Shown: positions 40,209-55,765 of the stretch, in pieces
Layout: each line of letters begins with the position of its first letter
Position numbering within the stretch: position 1 is the stretch's first letter
Assembly: GCA_964016885.1 (NCBI GenBank)
Contig: OZ024742.1
Span: forward strand, 138,384,001-138,448,000
From: Eledone cirrhosa
Taxonomy: Eukaryota
DNA length: 64,000 bases
Reading direction: 5' to 3'
Notes under the pieces: generated by a model
The model's input: the letters and a program-made list of their open reading frames with translations, nothing else
The model's database searches: none
What the model was told of the DNA's origin: nothing
Made by a program: the position numbers and the translations under genes

Positions 40209-40740
40209 TATAAAGGACGTAAAATAAGAAAATATTTTTTTAAAAAAATTTAAAAATTTTTTTCTTACTTAAATTATGTTAGTTGATATATTAAATTATC
40301 TATATTTATCTCCAAATCACTGATTTGTCGAGCAAACTTGTCAAAACCACTTCTAAAAAAATTTTTTTTGGGGTGTTAGTAGGCGTCAGTCATCTTACCA
40401 TCCCTTCCTTCTAACTAGCCTCTGTGTCACGTGATTGATTCTTTAGAATCGGCCATTTGACTTGAAGCAGTGAGAATTTCGGTACATAGAATCCAGTCCT
40501 CGCAAGCTGTTCGATCTACCGAATTATTATTATTTTTATATGAGCCGCCAGTGTCCGCGCATTGCCTGGAGACTTAACTGAGAATAGACTTCCTGATGAC
40601 GCAATGAATTCTCGACAGTTGGATTACGTAACTGTCTTTATCCCATTGCAGAAACTAATTAGTTGGAGTGAAAATTTAAGTAAGAAAAAAATTTTTAAAT
40701 TTTTTTAAAAAAATATTTTCTTATTTTACGTCCTTTATAT
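40209..40740 (+). mobile_element. Non-coding ~530-bp element with ~65-bp inverted ends, carrying an HHR
   Basis: tataaaggacgtaaaataagaaaatatt...cttacttaaatt (40209-40275) is the reverse complement of 40673-40740. Confidence 0.8.
40588..40669 (+). ncRNA. Type I hammerhead ribozyme with extended stem II
   Basis: acttc-CTGATGA-c-GCAATG..GACAGTT..AACTGTC..CATTGC-a-GAAA-CTAATTAG-TT-ggagt. Confidence 0.85.
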
Positions 40741-40771
40741 ATATATATATATATATTTTTATATATATATA

Positions 40772-42073
40772 CGAGGAGGGATCAAAAAGTTCGCGGAATT
40801 TTTCAGAAAATATTATATTTTCAAAAAATATGATTTACCTTCAATTTATTTTTCTACATAGTTGCCATCCAGGTCAATACACTTCACAAGGCGATGCTTC
40901 CAGCTTTGTAAGCCGTCTCTAAAGAAAGTTGAAGGCCTTGTTCGAAGCCATGTGTTGGCAGTGTTGATAGCTTCTACAATACCACTAAAACGGGCTCCTT
41001 TTAGCATTTCTTTGAGTTTTGGAAAGAGGAAAAAGTCTGATGGGGCTAAATCTGGACTATAAGGCGGGTGAGGAAGCACTTCCGATCGAAATTCTCGAAG
41101 AACTTCTTTTGCAACCCGCGCAGAGTGCGCTGGTGCATTGTCATGGTCAAACAAGATCCCACCATGAAGTTTCCCTTTTCGTTTCTTGACTAATGCCTCT
41201 TTCAGTTTCGTTAAAACATTTGCATAGTAAGCTCCTGTCACAGTTCTTTGACCTTCAAGATAATCTATTAGTATCACCCCATCTGAATCCCAGAAAATGG
41301 TGGCCATCACTTTTTTATCCGACTTTTGAGATTTGAACTTGATTGGCCCCGATGAACCACGTGGAAGCCACTGTTTTGACTGCTGTTTGGATTCAGGATC
41401 GTACTGGTAGATCAGGTTTTATCTCTGGTGATGATTCTGGTCAGGAAATGCTTCATCAACTTCAATTTTGTTTAATATCAACAAAGACAGATCACTTCGA
41501 AGAGTCAGCTGATCAGGGCGCAACGCTTTTGGGACCCATCGCACTGAAAGCTTGCTTAGTCCCAAATTATCGTGCAGAATTGAATTTGCCGAACCATATA
41601 TAATGTCTAGGGACTTAGCTAACTGATTAACTGTTATTCTTCAATCTTCTTCAATTAAAGTCTGAGTAACGGTTTTGGTCATTTGTTGATGTTCCTAGTC
41701 TTCCACTGCGATGGTCGTCTTCAAGGTCATCTCTCCCTTGTTTGAATCGCTGAATCCACTTGTAGACAGCAGTTTTCTTTGGAGCAATAGTACCGTAAAC
41801 TTTAACTAAAGCTTCCATAATCTGTGTCCCTTTCCATTTGAGTTTCACCAGAAACTTGATATTCGATCTTATCTCAAAATAACTATTTTCCATTGTTCCA
41901 AAAAGAGGTTTTTTAAAGTGTGTCAGTACTGTACAACGGTCCGCGCATGACTGACTGCAAGTGACTAATAGCAAGGTAAACACCCAGTGACAATGTTATG
42001 ACATGTTTAATATTGTTTTAACCTATTTTTTTCTTACTACGATAAAATTCCGGGAACTTTTTGACCTCCGTCG
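40772..42073 (-). mobile_element. Full-length (~1.3 kb) mariner transposon with a disrupted transposase (~41893 to 40846)
   Basis: TIRs TA-cgaggagggatcaaaaagttcgcggaattt / aaattccgggaactttttgacctccgtcg-TA; HTH region VYKWIQRFKQGRDDLEDDHRSGR; MATIFWD, HDNAPAH, HPPYSPDLAPSDFFLFPKLK. Confidence 0.95.
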
Positions 42074-42218
42074 TATATATGTGTATATATATATGTGTAT
42101 ATGTCTATGTATATATGTATGTATGTGTGTGTCTATATGTATGTACATGTATATATGTATATATGTATGTATGTGTGTGTGTGTGTGTGCGTGTGTATAT
42201 ATATATATATATATGTTA

Positions 42219-42252
<34 letters not shown>

Positions 42253-43310
42253 ATATGTGTATGTATCTGTATATGTATATGTATATATGGGGGTATAGAT
42301 GTGTATGTATGGATATATATATATATGATTATATGCATGCGTGTGGATGTGTATTTAGGTTTGCATCTATTTGCACGTATGTATATTTTGGTTAGATATC
42401 AATATAACTGTACTTCTCTCTATATTATACTAAGTGCAATTTACCACACCGTACTATATTATGTTGGTTAAGTTGTATATTATCGCATTACTATATCACA
42501 TTATCTTATTATAATTTTCATCTTTTAATATACTATCTTTCCTAGCCATAACATTAAAACTCAATACAACACTAATCACCATTTATTTTGACATTCCTTT
42601 TAAATTCCCTATACAAGATACATTCAACTATCAGTTTGACAATCACCTTCCTTCCTAATAGAATTTTATGCCATTTCTACTAACACCTTTCAACCATTCC
42701 TTTCAAAGGGTCATGACCTCAACTAAAGTATATTACTTTACCATACTTTACCATATCTTAACACCATATGAAAAAAACAATTTGATTCGTTAGTTCTTCA
42801 ACTACCTCCAAATATGGACATGATACTAATTCTGAGTAAAATTATTATTGAATAAAATTATTATTGCTTTTGAAAACAGCTGGTGATATGCATGTAAGTA
42901 AATATTGTCTCTATCTGATATTTTGTAAACTTACATAGATCAATAACTGAGTATAGATACAATGTATTATCACCATCTAGAAACGATTTTAAAGCAGTGA
43001 AGTATATCTCTAATGACTTGATTTTTTATTTCATTGTTTTAACTTATATCATGACTCTGTTTTTCTTTTAATGTTTTATTGTTTTCTGAGATTCATTCTT
43101 AACCTACAACATTTTCAACATATGGATTACATTGAGTTCTTCATACAGAATAGACCCCACAACTTATAATGGATACCTCTGTGTATCTATATATATATGT
43201 GTATGTATTAGTGTTGGAGTTTCTATTGAAGAAGTCAGAGGAATGAAAAGTGGTCTATGCAAGTTACACAGCTAAATATTTAATGTATAATAAACAATAC
43301 AATATAATTA

Positions 43311-43378
43311 CCTCATTACCAAAGGTTTCCCGAATAAGACGGATACAAGAAACGTCCGTTTTCGTTCGTCAAACAAGG
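43311..43378 (-). ncRNA. Hammerhead ribozyme with a C3U core change
   Basis: Reverse complement: ccttgt-TTGACGA-a-CGAA..ACGGA..TCCGT..TTCG-g-GAAA-CCtttGG-TA-atgagg. Confidence 0.65.
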
Positions 43379-43400
43379 CAATTATATATATGTATGTATG

Positions 43401-43518
<118 letters not shown>

Positions 43519-43929
43519 CTAGTGTGTGTGTGTGTGTTCTAGTCAGTAGAAGCCATTTCAATACTAAATCATGTATATATATATACACACACAAGAGTTC
43601 ATTCTCCAGTCTCCTTCTCAGAAAGGAAGGTGAAAAAAACTTACCTCTTAATTTTAAATCTTTAATTTTTAGTTTTTAATTCTTATTAATTCTTTTTAAT
43701 TGTAATACTCAACATTTGATAAGATGAATTTGAATAATACGTCAAAACCGGTAATACTTTATATACATTATAAAACTCTTTTTTAAAAGAATTCTCCCCC
43801 TCATTTTTTCAATACTCTCACTTCGACAAATCAAAGAAAGGAAAAAAAGAGACCCTAAAATATATTTTTCGTGCTATTCCTATTTCCAACTTCACCTTTT
43901 CTCCATAACAACTTACTTCCGTTTTCTTA

Positions 43930-45288
<1,359 letters not shown>

Positions 45289-45695
45289 ATAAAACATGTC
45301 TATAGAATCACAAGATAAAATATATACCATTTCCTCTCCCAATTAGCATGATTAACTATATAAAAAATCGAATAGACCAGGCTATAAGAATGAGGCTTCT
45401 ATGAAGAAATCTTCAACAAATAACCGAAACTAACTCTTCGCGTCGGCCGCAACGGAATATTTATCGAATATTTCGACAGCGTAATCGCCCATATATATAT
45501 ATATGTGTGTGTGTGTAGAGGTTATATTTAATTTGTTGGGATACAACAAGCAAAATATTTTTATAACTAATATAAAGCACTCAACAATTTATTGGAGTAA
45601 TGATGAAAGCGCACCATAGTTTGCTCTGGTGGCCCTTGAAATATGTATAATGAAATAAATATGGTTTTATAAATATAGTTTCCATTTGTTAATAT

Positions 45696-45735
<40 letters not shown>

Positions 45736-48009
45736 CATACATAGAAACTTATCAAATAAGGCTCGGAATTGACTAAAGGAAAAGATCGCGGTAAAGCACG
45801 TTAAACTAAAGAGATCTCAATAACGTATTCTGTGCATGCGTATTCTATCACAAATGATCATGGTATTTGTACATAGAAAACTCCTCTCCGAGGCCCAATT
45901 CCGGGAAAGATTGATTGTGGAAGACCAGCAGTCATCCATGCTTAGCGCGCTCTCTCCTTTCCACGCCACTAATGTTGTCCAAGAGAAAGGCAAAGGCCAG
46001 TACAGCTTCACACTAATGATGTCGCAACTCGTTTTTACTGCTGAGTAAACTGGAGAATCGATCTCATAACCTCCGATATATATTGTGTACAAGAGAGGAC
46101 CATTGATGAGGAGTAATTAGCAGTTATATTTGGTTATCATTTATAAAACATTGAAATAATTTTAGTTTACTGATATATTTATCAAAATTATATTCGATGC
46201 AAGATACTTAGTTTGTGTACATGTGTGTCTGTGTATGTGTGTGCGTGCGCGTGTGTGTGTGTGAGAGAAAAAGAGAGAGAGAATATGATATGGGTTCAGT
46301 TTGGGATATTGTAATGAGTGAGAGAGTGTAAGAGAAAATTAGACAGAGGAAATATATAGAGAGTCAGGAGGAATGACAGAAAGATGAAGAGAGAGAACTA
46401 AACACTCAAAAGCAAACTAGTTATGAATTACATATATTTATAATACAGGAACTACAACATTCGAAATTACTGCAAGTCGCAATAACATTGATTAAACTAT
46501 TTTATATTATTTTATATATTGTTTTTCGTCATTTATATATTTGTTGGAAAACAGACGTGAAACATCCGCGCCAAATACTTATTTCAGATATACACATTAC
46601 TGACATCAACAGCAACAAAAATCACAAAGAAAGATTTTTTTTCAATAAAAAGGAAAATAATAAGTTTACAGCCTTTGAATAATCGCAAAAGCTGTACAAC
46701 AAACATGATGCTTTTCTTCCCAATCGTATGCCAATATTGCCGTTCGTAGTTGTATAAATGCCTATAGATAATCTGGAAACAAAAAACAAATTTGCTAGAT
46801 TATAATTGCAAATTACAAAAGGGAAGTTAAATTGAAAGGAATGACTTCAATATATACAGTTCATTAAGACCATTATTTGAAACATGACATCAGTACAAGG
46901 TTATCGTTTATTTATATTGATAACACCGTCTATTGGCATAATCGCTGCAATGAAATACTCATGTTAACTGCCATTTGGTATGAAGTATCTTTGTCATTGC
47001 TATGTCTGCCATATGTAATATTTTCTGAATTCCAATAGGGATTCGCATCTGTCAACTTGTTGTTGAAGATGGATTCATAAAATTTTGAAATATAGACATA
47101 TCATGCAAGAGATACACAAAGCTGATTGACAAGGGCGAAATATATAATAAACAAGAAGAAACGGTGCAAGGGAGCAAAGGACTATATTAAGAATGTTTGA
47201 CATTTATAATTGTATATGTGTGCATATATAATATATATGCACACATATACAGAAAATTACTCACGTGTTGACAGTGGCAGGCAAGAACTGCTACTAAATC
47301 ACTAGTAGACCTTAGCGATAGAACAAAAAAGGATCGGTCCCCGTTGACGAATCTCTGTGTTGATGCTGGTCGCATCTGTTCTTTCCATGTGATTCTGGAT
47401 TTAATGCGTGTACTGGGTGCAAATATTGTGCACTGTGCACAGGATATGGAGAAGAAACCAACGATTTTGTTTGGTCCGGGATAAATTGTTTAACACCCGC
47501 ACATAATCCCGAACTCACCACTAATAACTAAATGTGTAGGCTCTGACATACAAACTGGTTCTTCAGAAATGCAAGTCCCGTGAACTCGTCGAGCGAGTGG
47601 GAAGGTTCAACGTACTTGCAGAGACTCAGTTTGTCTAGTTCGATATATATAAATATATATATATAACCAAACATTAATATGGTTCATTGATTACTCAATG
47701 AATATAGTTTTAAAAACACTCTACAGAAAGGTTTTCTGGAGTTATTATTATTCTAAATAATATATATATATATATATATATTGGAAAATGAGATCGGGTT
47801 GTGTTGTGATGTGTGACAATCGCCACCGACAAATGCGAGAAAGTTCTCCAAGAATGTTAACCAGGAATCTTTAAAATTCTTCCCACCGAAGTTAACAAAG
47901 AACTTACTAGATCTACCAACTCATAATATTATAATATAAAATTAAATCAAATTATTTAGAACTACAAGTGAAGTCATTCTTTTCCTTTTTTTCATATATA
48001 TATATATAT

Positions 48010-48650
48010 AAAGAATACAATATGTTGAAAAGGTAAGACACTAGAGAGAGAGTGTGTGCCATCAATGAAACAGGGAAAACCACCAGTGTATGGAATCTAT
48101 ACTCTATGGAAGGCAGGGTAGACACACAATAATTAAAAATATGAATTAAAATGTATATACATACCTCTATAACTATATAACACACGCGTACAAATCCAAA
48201 GAGATCTGTTTCGCCAGGAGGTAGTTGACTGAAATGGAATAGGCTATGGTTCATCAGCGCGTGCAAGACTATACATTCCAGACAACTCTAAGAGAATCTA
48301 AAGCGACCGTCCAGCTACACGCAGTAGAGAGATGCCACAGCGTGTTTAGGGCAGTGAACCAGTGGTGTCTGAGGGACGAGCTGCTAGAAAGGGCAGCCCA
48401 TAAACCACTCGAAGTGTGGTCAACCAAACACAGAGAGAGGAAAGACTGTTATAAGGAGCGAAATATCACGATAAATTAACCGAGCCATAGACTCGTTATT
48501 GCCTGTCAATAATGTGCTCAAAGAAAAGGGATCCTGAGCTCTTTAAAATACAATATGTTGAAAAGGTAACACACTAGAGAGAGAGTGTGTGCCATGATTA
48601 AAACAGGGAAAACCACCAGTGTATGGAATCTATACTCTATGGAAGGCAAT
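48010..48650 (+). repeat. ~105-bp direct repeat (48012-48117 and 48547-48648) bounding a ~535-bp unit
   Basis: aatacaatatgttgaaaaggtaa.acactagagagagagtgtgtgccat...ctctatggaaggca occurs twice. Confidence 0.85.
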
Positions 48651-48843
48651 ATATATATATAACGAAGGAAGTGTGGTAAGTAACCAGGTGGATCATAACG
48701 CACCAGAGTACTTAATACTTAGGGCAGTAGAGTGGGTAATAGGAAAATGTTCAAGACCCCGACGGCAGAGCTCAAGCCGTTTCGACGGCTATTTCTTAGC
48801 CGTCGAAACGGCTTCAGCTCTGCCGTCAGAGTCTTGAGCATTT

Positions 48844-48892
<49 letters not shown>

Positions 48893-49094
48893 TGTAGTTT
48901 ATTGGTGTGTAGTATTAAGTTACTAAGTGGGTCCGGATGCCAATGTGGTATTTTATATTTGGTATTACACATAGAAAGCAGAGTGTTAATAATAATAAGG
49001 AAATCACGTGTCTAATGAGCTATCAATTCCAGCAAGGGGCACAATCGATACTGATCTACCTTCACACGAGAGTAAACATCTCGTTCCTACTTCT

Positions 49095-49995
49095 CATCAT
49101 ATAAATAAGGTATAAATAAGTTTTTACAACCTCACAAGTTTTAAAAAACAACTTTGTTAATTAAGTTGTAGGATATCTTCATAAAAAGCAGTAGCAGGCA
49201 GATATAGTTAGTTAGCGTAAGAAAATGGAATATGAAAAAATAATATATAAAGAAAAGATATGTAGCACATGCTGAGATTACCATATTAACTAGTGACAGT
49301 CAAATATTAAAAGAAAATATTTCTTTTTAGTGAGTATGGCATTCTTCATTGACATTGTGCTACATTTATTTTCTATATATAATATTTATTTACATATCAT
49401 TTTATTTACATATTACGCTAACTATATATGCCTGCTACTGCTTTATATGAACGTTTCCGTCAACTAAATTAACAAATTTTATTCTACCTATATAAAGAAT
49501 AATAATTGTTTCTACTTTTGGCACAAGGCCAGCAATTAACCCAGTGTATTACTGGTACTTTATTTTATCGACCCCGAAAGGATGAAAGGCAAAGTTAACC
49601 TCGGCGGGATTTGAACTCAGAATGGCAAGGGCCGTAACTCTATGCGTCAAAGCATGGCGTCCGACCCTCTACTGGTACTGCCAATCCTCTGCCCTTTATA
49701 TAAAGAATAATAATAGCAACATTCTAAATAAATAAACAGTACATAAACCCATTGACTACAAACTATTAGAGAAGTCTCCACTATCATAGCTTCAACCGAC
49801 ATATTTCAGTCTAACTATACAGAAAAACGAACAAAATTGTAATGACTTAAAAATTACAAGTAAACCTATTGTCTTGCCCGGCCTTTTAAAATATACCATT
49901 TATGTAACAAGCCAACTGCTCACGGTACGCTAAATGTTTTGTAGTTTTCTTTGTTATTTAAAACCTGTGAGGTTGTTAAACCTTATTTATACATT
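49095..49995. repeat. Old degenerate fold-back inverted repeat centred near 49315, with a SINE A copy (49500-49688, minus) inserted in the right arm
   Basis: aaagcagtagcaggca..tagttagcgtaa versus ttacgctaacta..tgcctgctactgcttt; acaacctcaca versus tgtgaggttgt. Confidence 0.7.
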
Positions 49996-50188
49996 ATTTA
50001 TTCTCCTGAGGATATACGGATTGTAGGTAATATGTATACATACATACATTGTTAACTAATAATTTGTAGTTCTACAAATGCATTCACTATTATAACCGTA
50101 TTGAAGAGAACGTAGAAATAAAAGAATAAATGTCAATTCATGATATTCATGTTTTTCTAATATTGTATACACGCACACACAGACAGAG

Positions 50189-50360
<172 letters not shown>

Positions 50361-53300
50361 CTGGATGGATTCAGTTTGAAACTGGTTAGACCATTATTCA
50401 ACAGAGTACTCGATACTTAGGGTATGATAAAGAGTCGGGATGTGACAGATAAGCTGAGCTCTAGCCGTTTCAACAACTAGTCCCAGACTGATAGCCGAAA
50501 GACTTTGCGGTTTACTGGCTGTATTATCAGGGGTGTGGTTTGTCTAAATAAGGACATACATTATTTATCCAATTGTAAATTCATTTCATATAAGTATTAA
50601 ATTTGTTTATAGTTAGAGAGTGGCTGTATGTAGCTATCTGGCTTTATGAGTGTTTATATGCATGTGTGCATCTATGTGCGCATCCGAGTGTATCTGCCAA
50701 ATCAACCTGAGATAGCATAATCGTGAAGAGAAGGAGAAATTATATTTCTCGTATTGATTAGGATGATCTGTTGCTAGTTCTGACGCCAATTCTATAGACC
50801 TGTTGCTGAAGGTTGTGATTAACATGTCTGGGGAAACACACACACAGCCTAATATATTTTTTCGATAAATATAATGCTACCCCCTCTCCAAAACTTGTTC
50901 TCAGACGTCATACAAATACTTATTTGCTTACATATTTTACAATGCCATGATCTATATATATATAATTTAAGGTTACACATTCAAAGCTGGGTGAATAATC
51001 CTGACAAGGAAAGTAAAATAACAGACTGTCAGTCATAATATACTAACCACGGAACCTCGCGAGAGATTGTCAGCTAAATAATCTTGACGGCCTTCCAGTC
51101 TCTGGTTATTACCAAATAGTTCCTATGTTCTTATCCCTATCATATTTATTTAGAAATATATATAGAGAATAAAACATGTCGCATACCGTTGGTAGTCGCA
51201 CGTGTAATTTATCAGGGGTCTGTAAATTGCAAAACAACCTTAGTTGCGACATTAGCGATATAACTGAGTGCAAATCCTCCCTGACACGACCCTACCGTTC
51301 ACGAGTCGGTGGTATTAAGTATTTATGTCAGTTAAAATGAAGGTATGCCATAATTATTGCATGCTCTCGTTCCACTGTATAAATACCTGTCCATTCTTAG
51401 TGCAACACAAAAATTGACTTCATACTTTTCAACTACCCGTACACTCAACCGTGATAAGTAAAACTGAAATATATTCTTGATGATCAAAGCAAGAACGTCT
51501 TGCTCAACCATGGCTGAAACGTGGGTAAAATAACATATAATTGTATATAATTGAACTAAGTCCATCAGAAGAGAATGATATAGCTGGAATGTAGTTCATA
51601 TAATTACTGCTGTGAGAAACGTAGAATAAGTGGCAATATTCCTCAGATTGCGAGGAGTTTCTACCAAGTACCTATTTCTTTCTTTTTTTTTCCAAAAGAC
51701 GTTGAGATTTTCTGCTTAAGCTAAAGTGAGGTCAATCATATTCTGCTGTGATTTCTCACATGGACAAATATCAATAATTTGTTTGCGATGATAATTTCGA
51801 TTAACTCGAAACTAATAAATATTTTATCGATTTCAAGTTTCGGAATAATGTTGAATATCTAACTTTGTTCATAAACCATCTAAATGTTGTTCAATACCAA
51901 ACATCAATTTGTATTGACCACTGTTAAGTTCAGTTGTTGGCTCCATAGATTTGATTTTATTTTATTTTCATTGTCATTCATCATTAGAAAGTGATATGAT
52001 ATATACAACATATATATTCTAAGGTCATACAGCTGTGTCCTCTCCTAAACGCATGTCTATCTGCCATGTGAAAAAAGACGAATACTTAACATGATACGCA
52101 AAACTGCAAACTTGGCTCTTTACAATTTTCGCAGGATATTTGGATATTTGTAATATTTGTAAATGTACAAGTAAGCACGTATCGGTATCGTACACGTGAA
52201 ATTATACCAAGAATTGTAAACTATAGTTATATATGGTATTTCTACTTATCAGCGGTATTTATCTGAGCGAGCCATATCGCCCAAATCTTAATATTTATGT
52301 GTACTCTCCTCTCTTCCTGGCAACATAATGACCCGACGATCATTGTCCAATTTCGATTCGGTTATCGTTCATTTGATTCGATTTTACTCTGTCAAATTTG
52401 TGTTTATTTGGTAGGAAACGCTTACTTTTGTATTAATATATATTCTGCAAACACATGCGATAAAATCTAAGTTGAATCACATTCATTCCTAGTTTAGGTA
52501 TTTAAAATATGCAGACACATATGTCTTGTAGGTTTCCGAAGGCCAACATGCAGAGATGACAAAAGGTCTATCGTCAAATATATTTACCAAAATACTCGAT
52601 TAACATAACTTTAATAAACACTGAATATTCAATGGGAAAGCCAATTGTGACTCAAGTGCGAAAATTGATTATAAAAGCCCAAAAGAAATACATGAGCCGA
52701 CTGACATTTTTACCCGATTATCTAACGAAATTGATAAGCCATTGCATTGATGGGATGTTATCTTTCTTCTCAACAATATCATTGCAATTTATCTTAATTG
52801 TTTTCTATCTGATTTTTGTATATATAATAAAGAGATTTTGTGACGGGGTGCAACCAACTTTCAAGACAAATATTTAATCTGTTGTTGGCTTTCTCGAAGG
52901 TCATCATAGTTGCATTAAACTGTAGATATTCGGGACGTGGAATGACCATGTCGATCACACCCGTCAGGATGTGATTGAATCGCTGTTCTAGATTGATTTA
53001 TAAAAGGAGACTGAAATAAACAGTACACCCGCCAGTCATAAAACAAAACTGCATTACAGGTTTGTTTCATTTGAATCGACTCTCTTAAAATCCATTGCAT
53101 TACTAATTGTTCTTGATTTGTTGCTTTGAGCAAATAAAACATCCTAGATTGATTAAATAGAAACGTTTTTGATTCGTTGGATTCCGTGTCAAGTTTATCC
53201 ATACAAGCCTCTAAGTGAAATCATTGAATTTGTGACTTTTTAGGAGTATGTGTAATTTATATTATATTATAATTCAGAGAGCAGGTTGTAAATTCATGGC

Positions 53301-54809
53301 CACCTTTGTGGTTACGATTCCGTTGACGTAGTACGGCGTAGTCAAAATCATTGCCTTCACCAATCACTAATGGATGAACAGGAATGACTTGTCCAATATT
53401 TATTGGTTATAGTTAGTAGTTTGTGCGATTCCTTGAGGTGTCCTCATTTACTCAAATCAGATAGTTTTACGCTGCAACGTACATGTTTTTGTCAGGGACA
53501 TATACAACGTTGTAAATTAATATACGCCTTTGTTTGTCATTCATCATTCAGGCCGTATTAAAATTCCCGAAGATTACTCCTTGCAGTAGGCCATTCGTTA
53601 CTTACTAAGGATTAAATCACTAACCGTAATCGAAGGATTAATGAATATACTAAAAGCGTATCCGACAGTTTTTGAATTGGAAAAATGTGATGTCGGTAAT
53701 ATGAAGGAGAAATGAATCGATGTTAAAGGCGTAATCAAACAAATGTGGTTTTTAACCTAGGGATTATTTATGTTAAAGGAGATTGCAATGTCTATTATTC
53801 ATTCAAAACTAATATAGCTATTAGACAAACATTGCAATGAAGAATGTGGAAATGAGATATAAATTACTCAAAGGAGTATTCATATTGGTCGTGTAAGGTA
53901 TAAGAAATGGTAATATCGATTAGTGGCAAATCGGTTTTGCGTTTCAATGTACACATGTTCACGCACACACATACACACACGCACCCACTCACTCTCTTTC
54001 TAATTCTCTCTCTCTCTCTCTCTCACATACACACACACACACACACCAGACACACATATTTATGAGGAAAAGGATTAAAAAAGGGTTTGAGAAGCGCACC
54101 TGGTATATATAAGTCTGTTTGAGTTAATGTATATAGAAATTGGCTAGAAACCTCAAGCGGTTGCACAAACTCACACAAATATTTATTTATGTCAGTGTGC
54201 ATGTGTGTGTATGTGTGTGTGCACGTGTCTGCGTGTGAGTTCATTTCAGCATATATAAAATTATGAATAATTATATTGAAACGGGGGAGAATAAGACAGC
54301 ATGTTATGTATATTTCAGACGTATGTACACAGAAGTACAGATGCGTTAGCACGCTAAAGGACAAATCTTGAGATTTTAGATGTCACAAGCTGTGTAGCCA
54401 ATGGTTAATTAGACAAAGTTTTTCGTCGTAAATCTTGCTCTTCGGTTTATAGATCTCCACAATGAACATAAATGATGGATCGGTCGAAATTTGGTTTCAA
54501 ATGTTATTAGATTCTTTTGAGGTATACTTATTTTTCTCTTAACTGATCACCGAGACATTGTTTTTAAAGCCACTAATATTGAATGCTTGTTAGAACAGGA
54601 ACATTGCTTTCACCATCAGACGCATCGCTGGCAATTAATTAGATATTTTCAGGGAATAAGTGTTGAGGGGTTTTAAATTCTTATATATACTAGAAGAAAA
54701 GCCGCCAGCGTGTGGTTTTTTGGTAGCATATGTAGTGTTCATATTGGTATTATACGCAAATATATATATATATATGTAAATTGAAAAGTAAATCGACAAT
54801 ATCTTTTTC

Positions 54810-55420
54810 TTCGCCCACTTATTTCTGAGAGGGTCGTGGGGGAAGAGTCCTTCTCAAACACTCCTTCCAGTGAGTCTGTCAGTAGCAAACATCTCTAACT
54901 GATCCAGCTGGATCCCAAAGTGAGACCAGCCAAGCTCATAGATGTTATGCAACTATCTTGCTTAGGGTCTACCTCTAGGTCCCTTGCCGTTTGGTTTTGC
55001 CTGTAAAATGTATCCAGCGATTCTTTACTGAGACATTCTAACCACATGCTCATAATATCGGAGTTGTGATCTCTCAATTCGGAGAAGTAGCGGCTCTACC
55101 AGGAGTGACTCTCTGGTCTCTGAGCTATGCACTTTATCGAGTAACGTTACTCCAAAGACTTTTGGGGAAATCCCATTTCTGCCGCTTTTATTTGCAATTG
55201 TATTCTTTTGGTCATTACTCAAGATTCATGATCCTCGGTAAGAGTTGGCAGGAATACCAGGAAGATAGCGAGTTTGGCTTTTACACCTACCCCCTTCTTC
55301 TGATTGCTGAGGCTGGCGCATTACTGCATCAGCTTTTGACACGGCTCCAAGATATTTGAACGTCTCTAACTGCTTCAGTAGAACTCCATTCACATGTATA
55401 TAAATTTGAGGGACTTCTGT
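54810..55420 (-). mobile_element. Decayed RTE-type LINE 3' fragment
   Basis: VNGVLLKQLETFKYLG; GVTLLDKVHSSETRESLLVEPLLLRIERSQLRYYEHVVRM. Confidence 0.75.
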
Positions 55421-55584
55421 CCAACCGTCCATCACACAATGTGTATGTGTGTTTGTGTGAATATATGTGTGTGTAAAAGGAAGGAAAGGGATACACACAT
55501 ATATGTCGGTAACTTAAAAACAGTGACACACACACATGTCTCTAATTTAAGAACGCCGACAAAATCACGCGCGCGCACATACAC

Positions 55585-55765
55585 ACACTGTCCTGTTACG
55601 ACCTAAGAGCTTTGGCCTGGGCAAACATCCCCTCAATTTTGGAACCGTCTGGGTTGTCCAGAATTGATGGGAAAAGACTTGACGGTCTTACTCTGTGCTC
55701 CTAGTCAAGAAGCAGGTGCCTTACCTGGGACGTCACAGTTACTGACTCTTTGGCTCCTTCGTTCT
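55585..55765 (+). mobile_element. Fragment of the restriction-like endonuclease domain of an R2-group (CRE-like) non-LTR element
   Basis: Hand translation [51 protein letters not shown] matches the E..G...GKRPDG...WDVT pattern. Confidence 0.7.

Larger units (their letters stand above)
36053..43047 (-). mobile_element. 5'-truncated PLE on the minus strand with a long inverted pLTR copy interrupted by younger insertions
   Basis: 36053-36670 is inverted at 42430-43047, 36810-37000 at ~42250-42420, and 37290-37640 at ~39640-39950. Confidence 0.85.
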
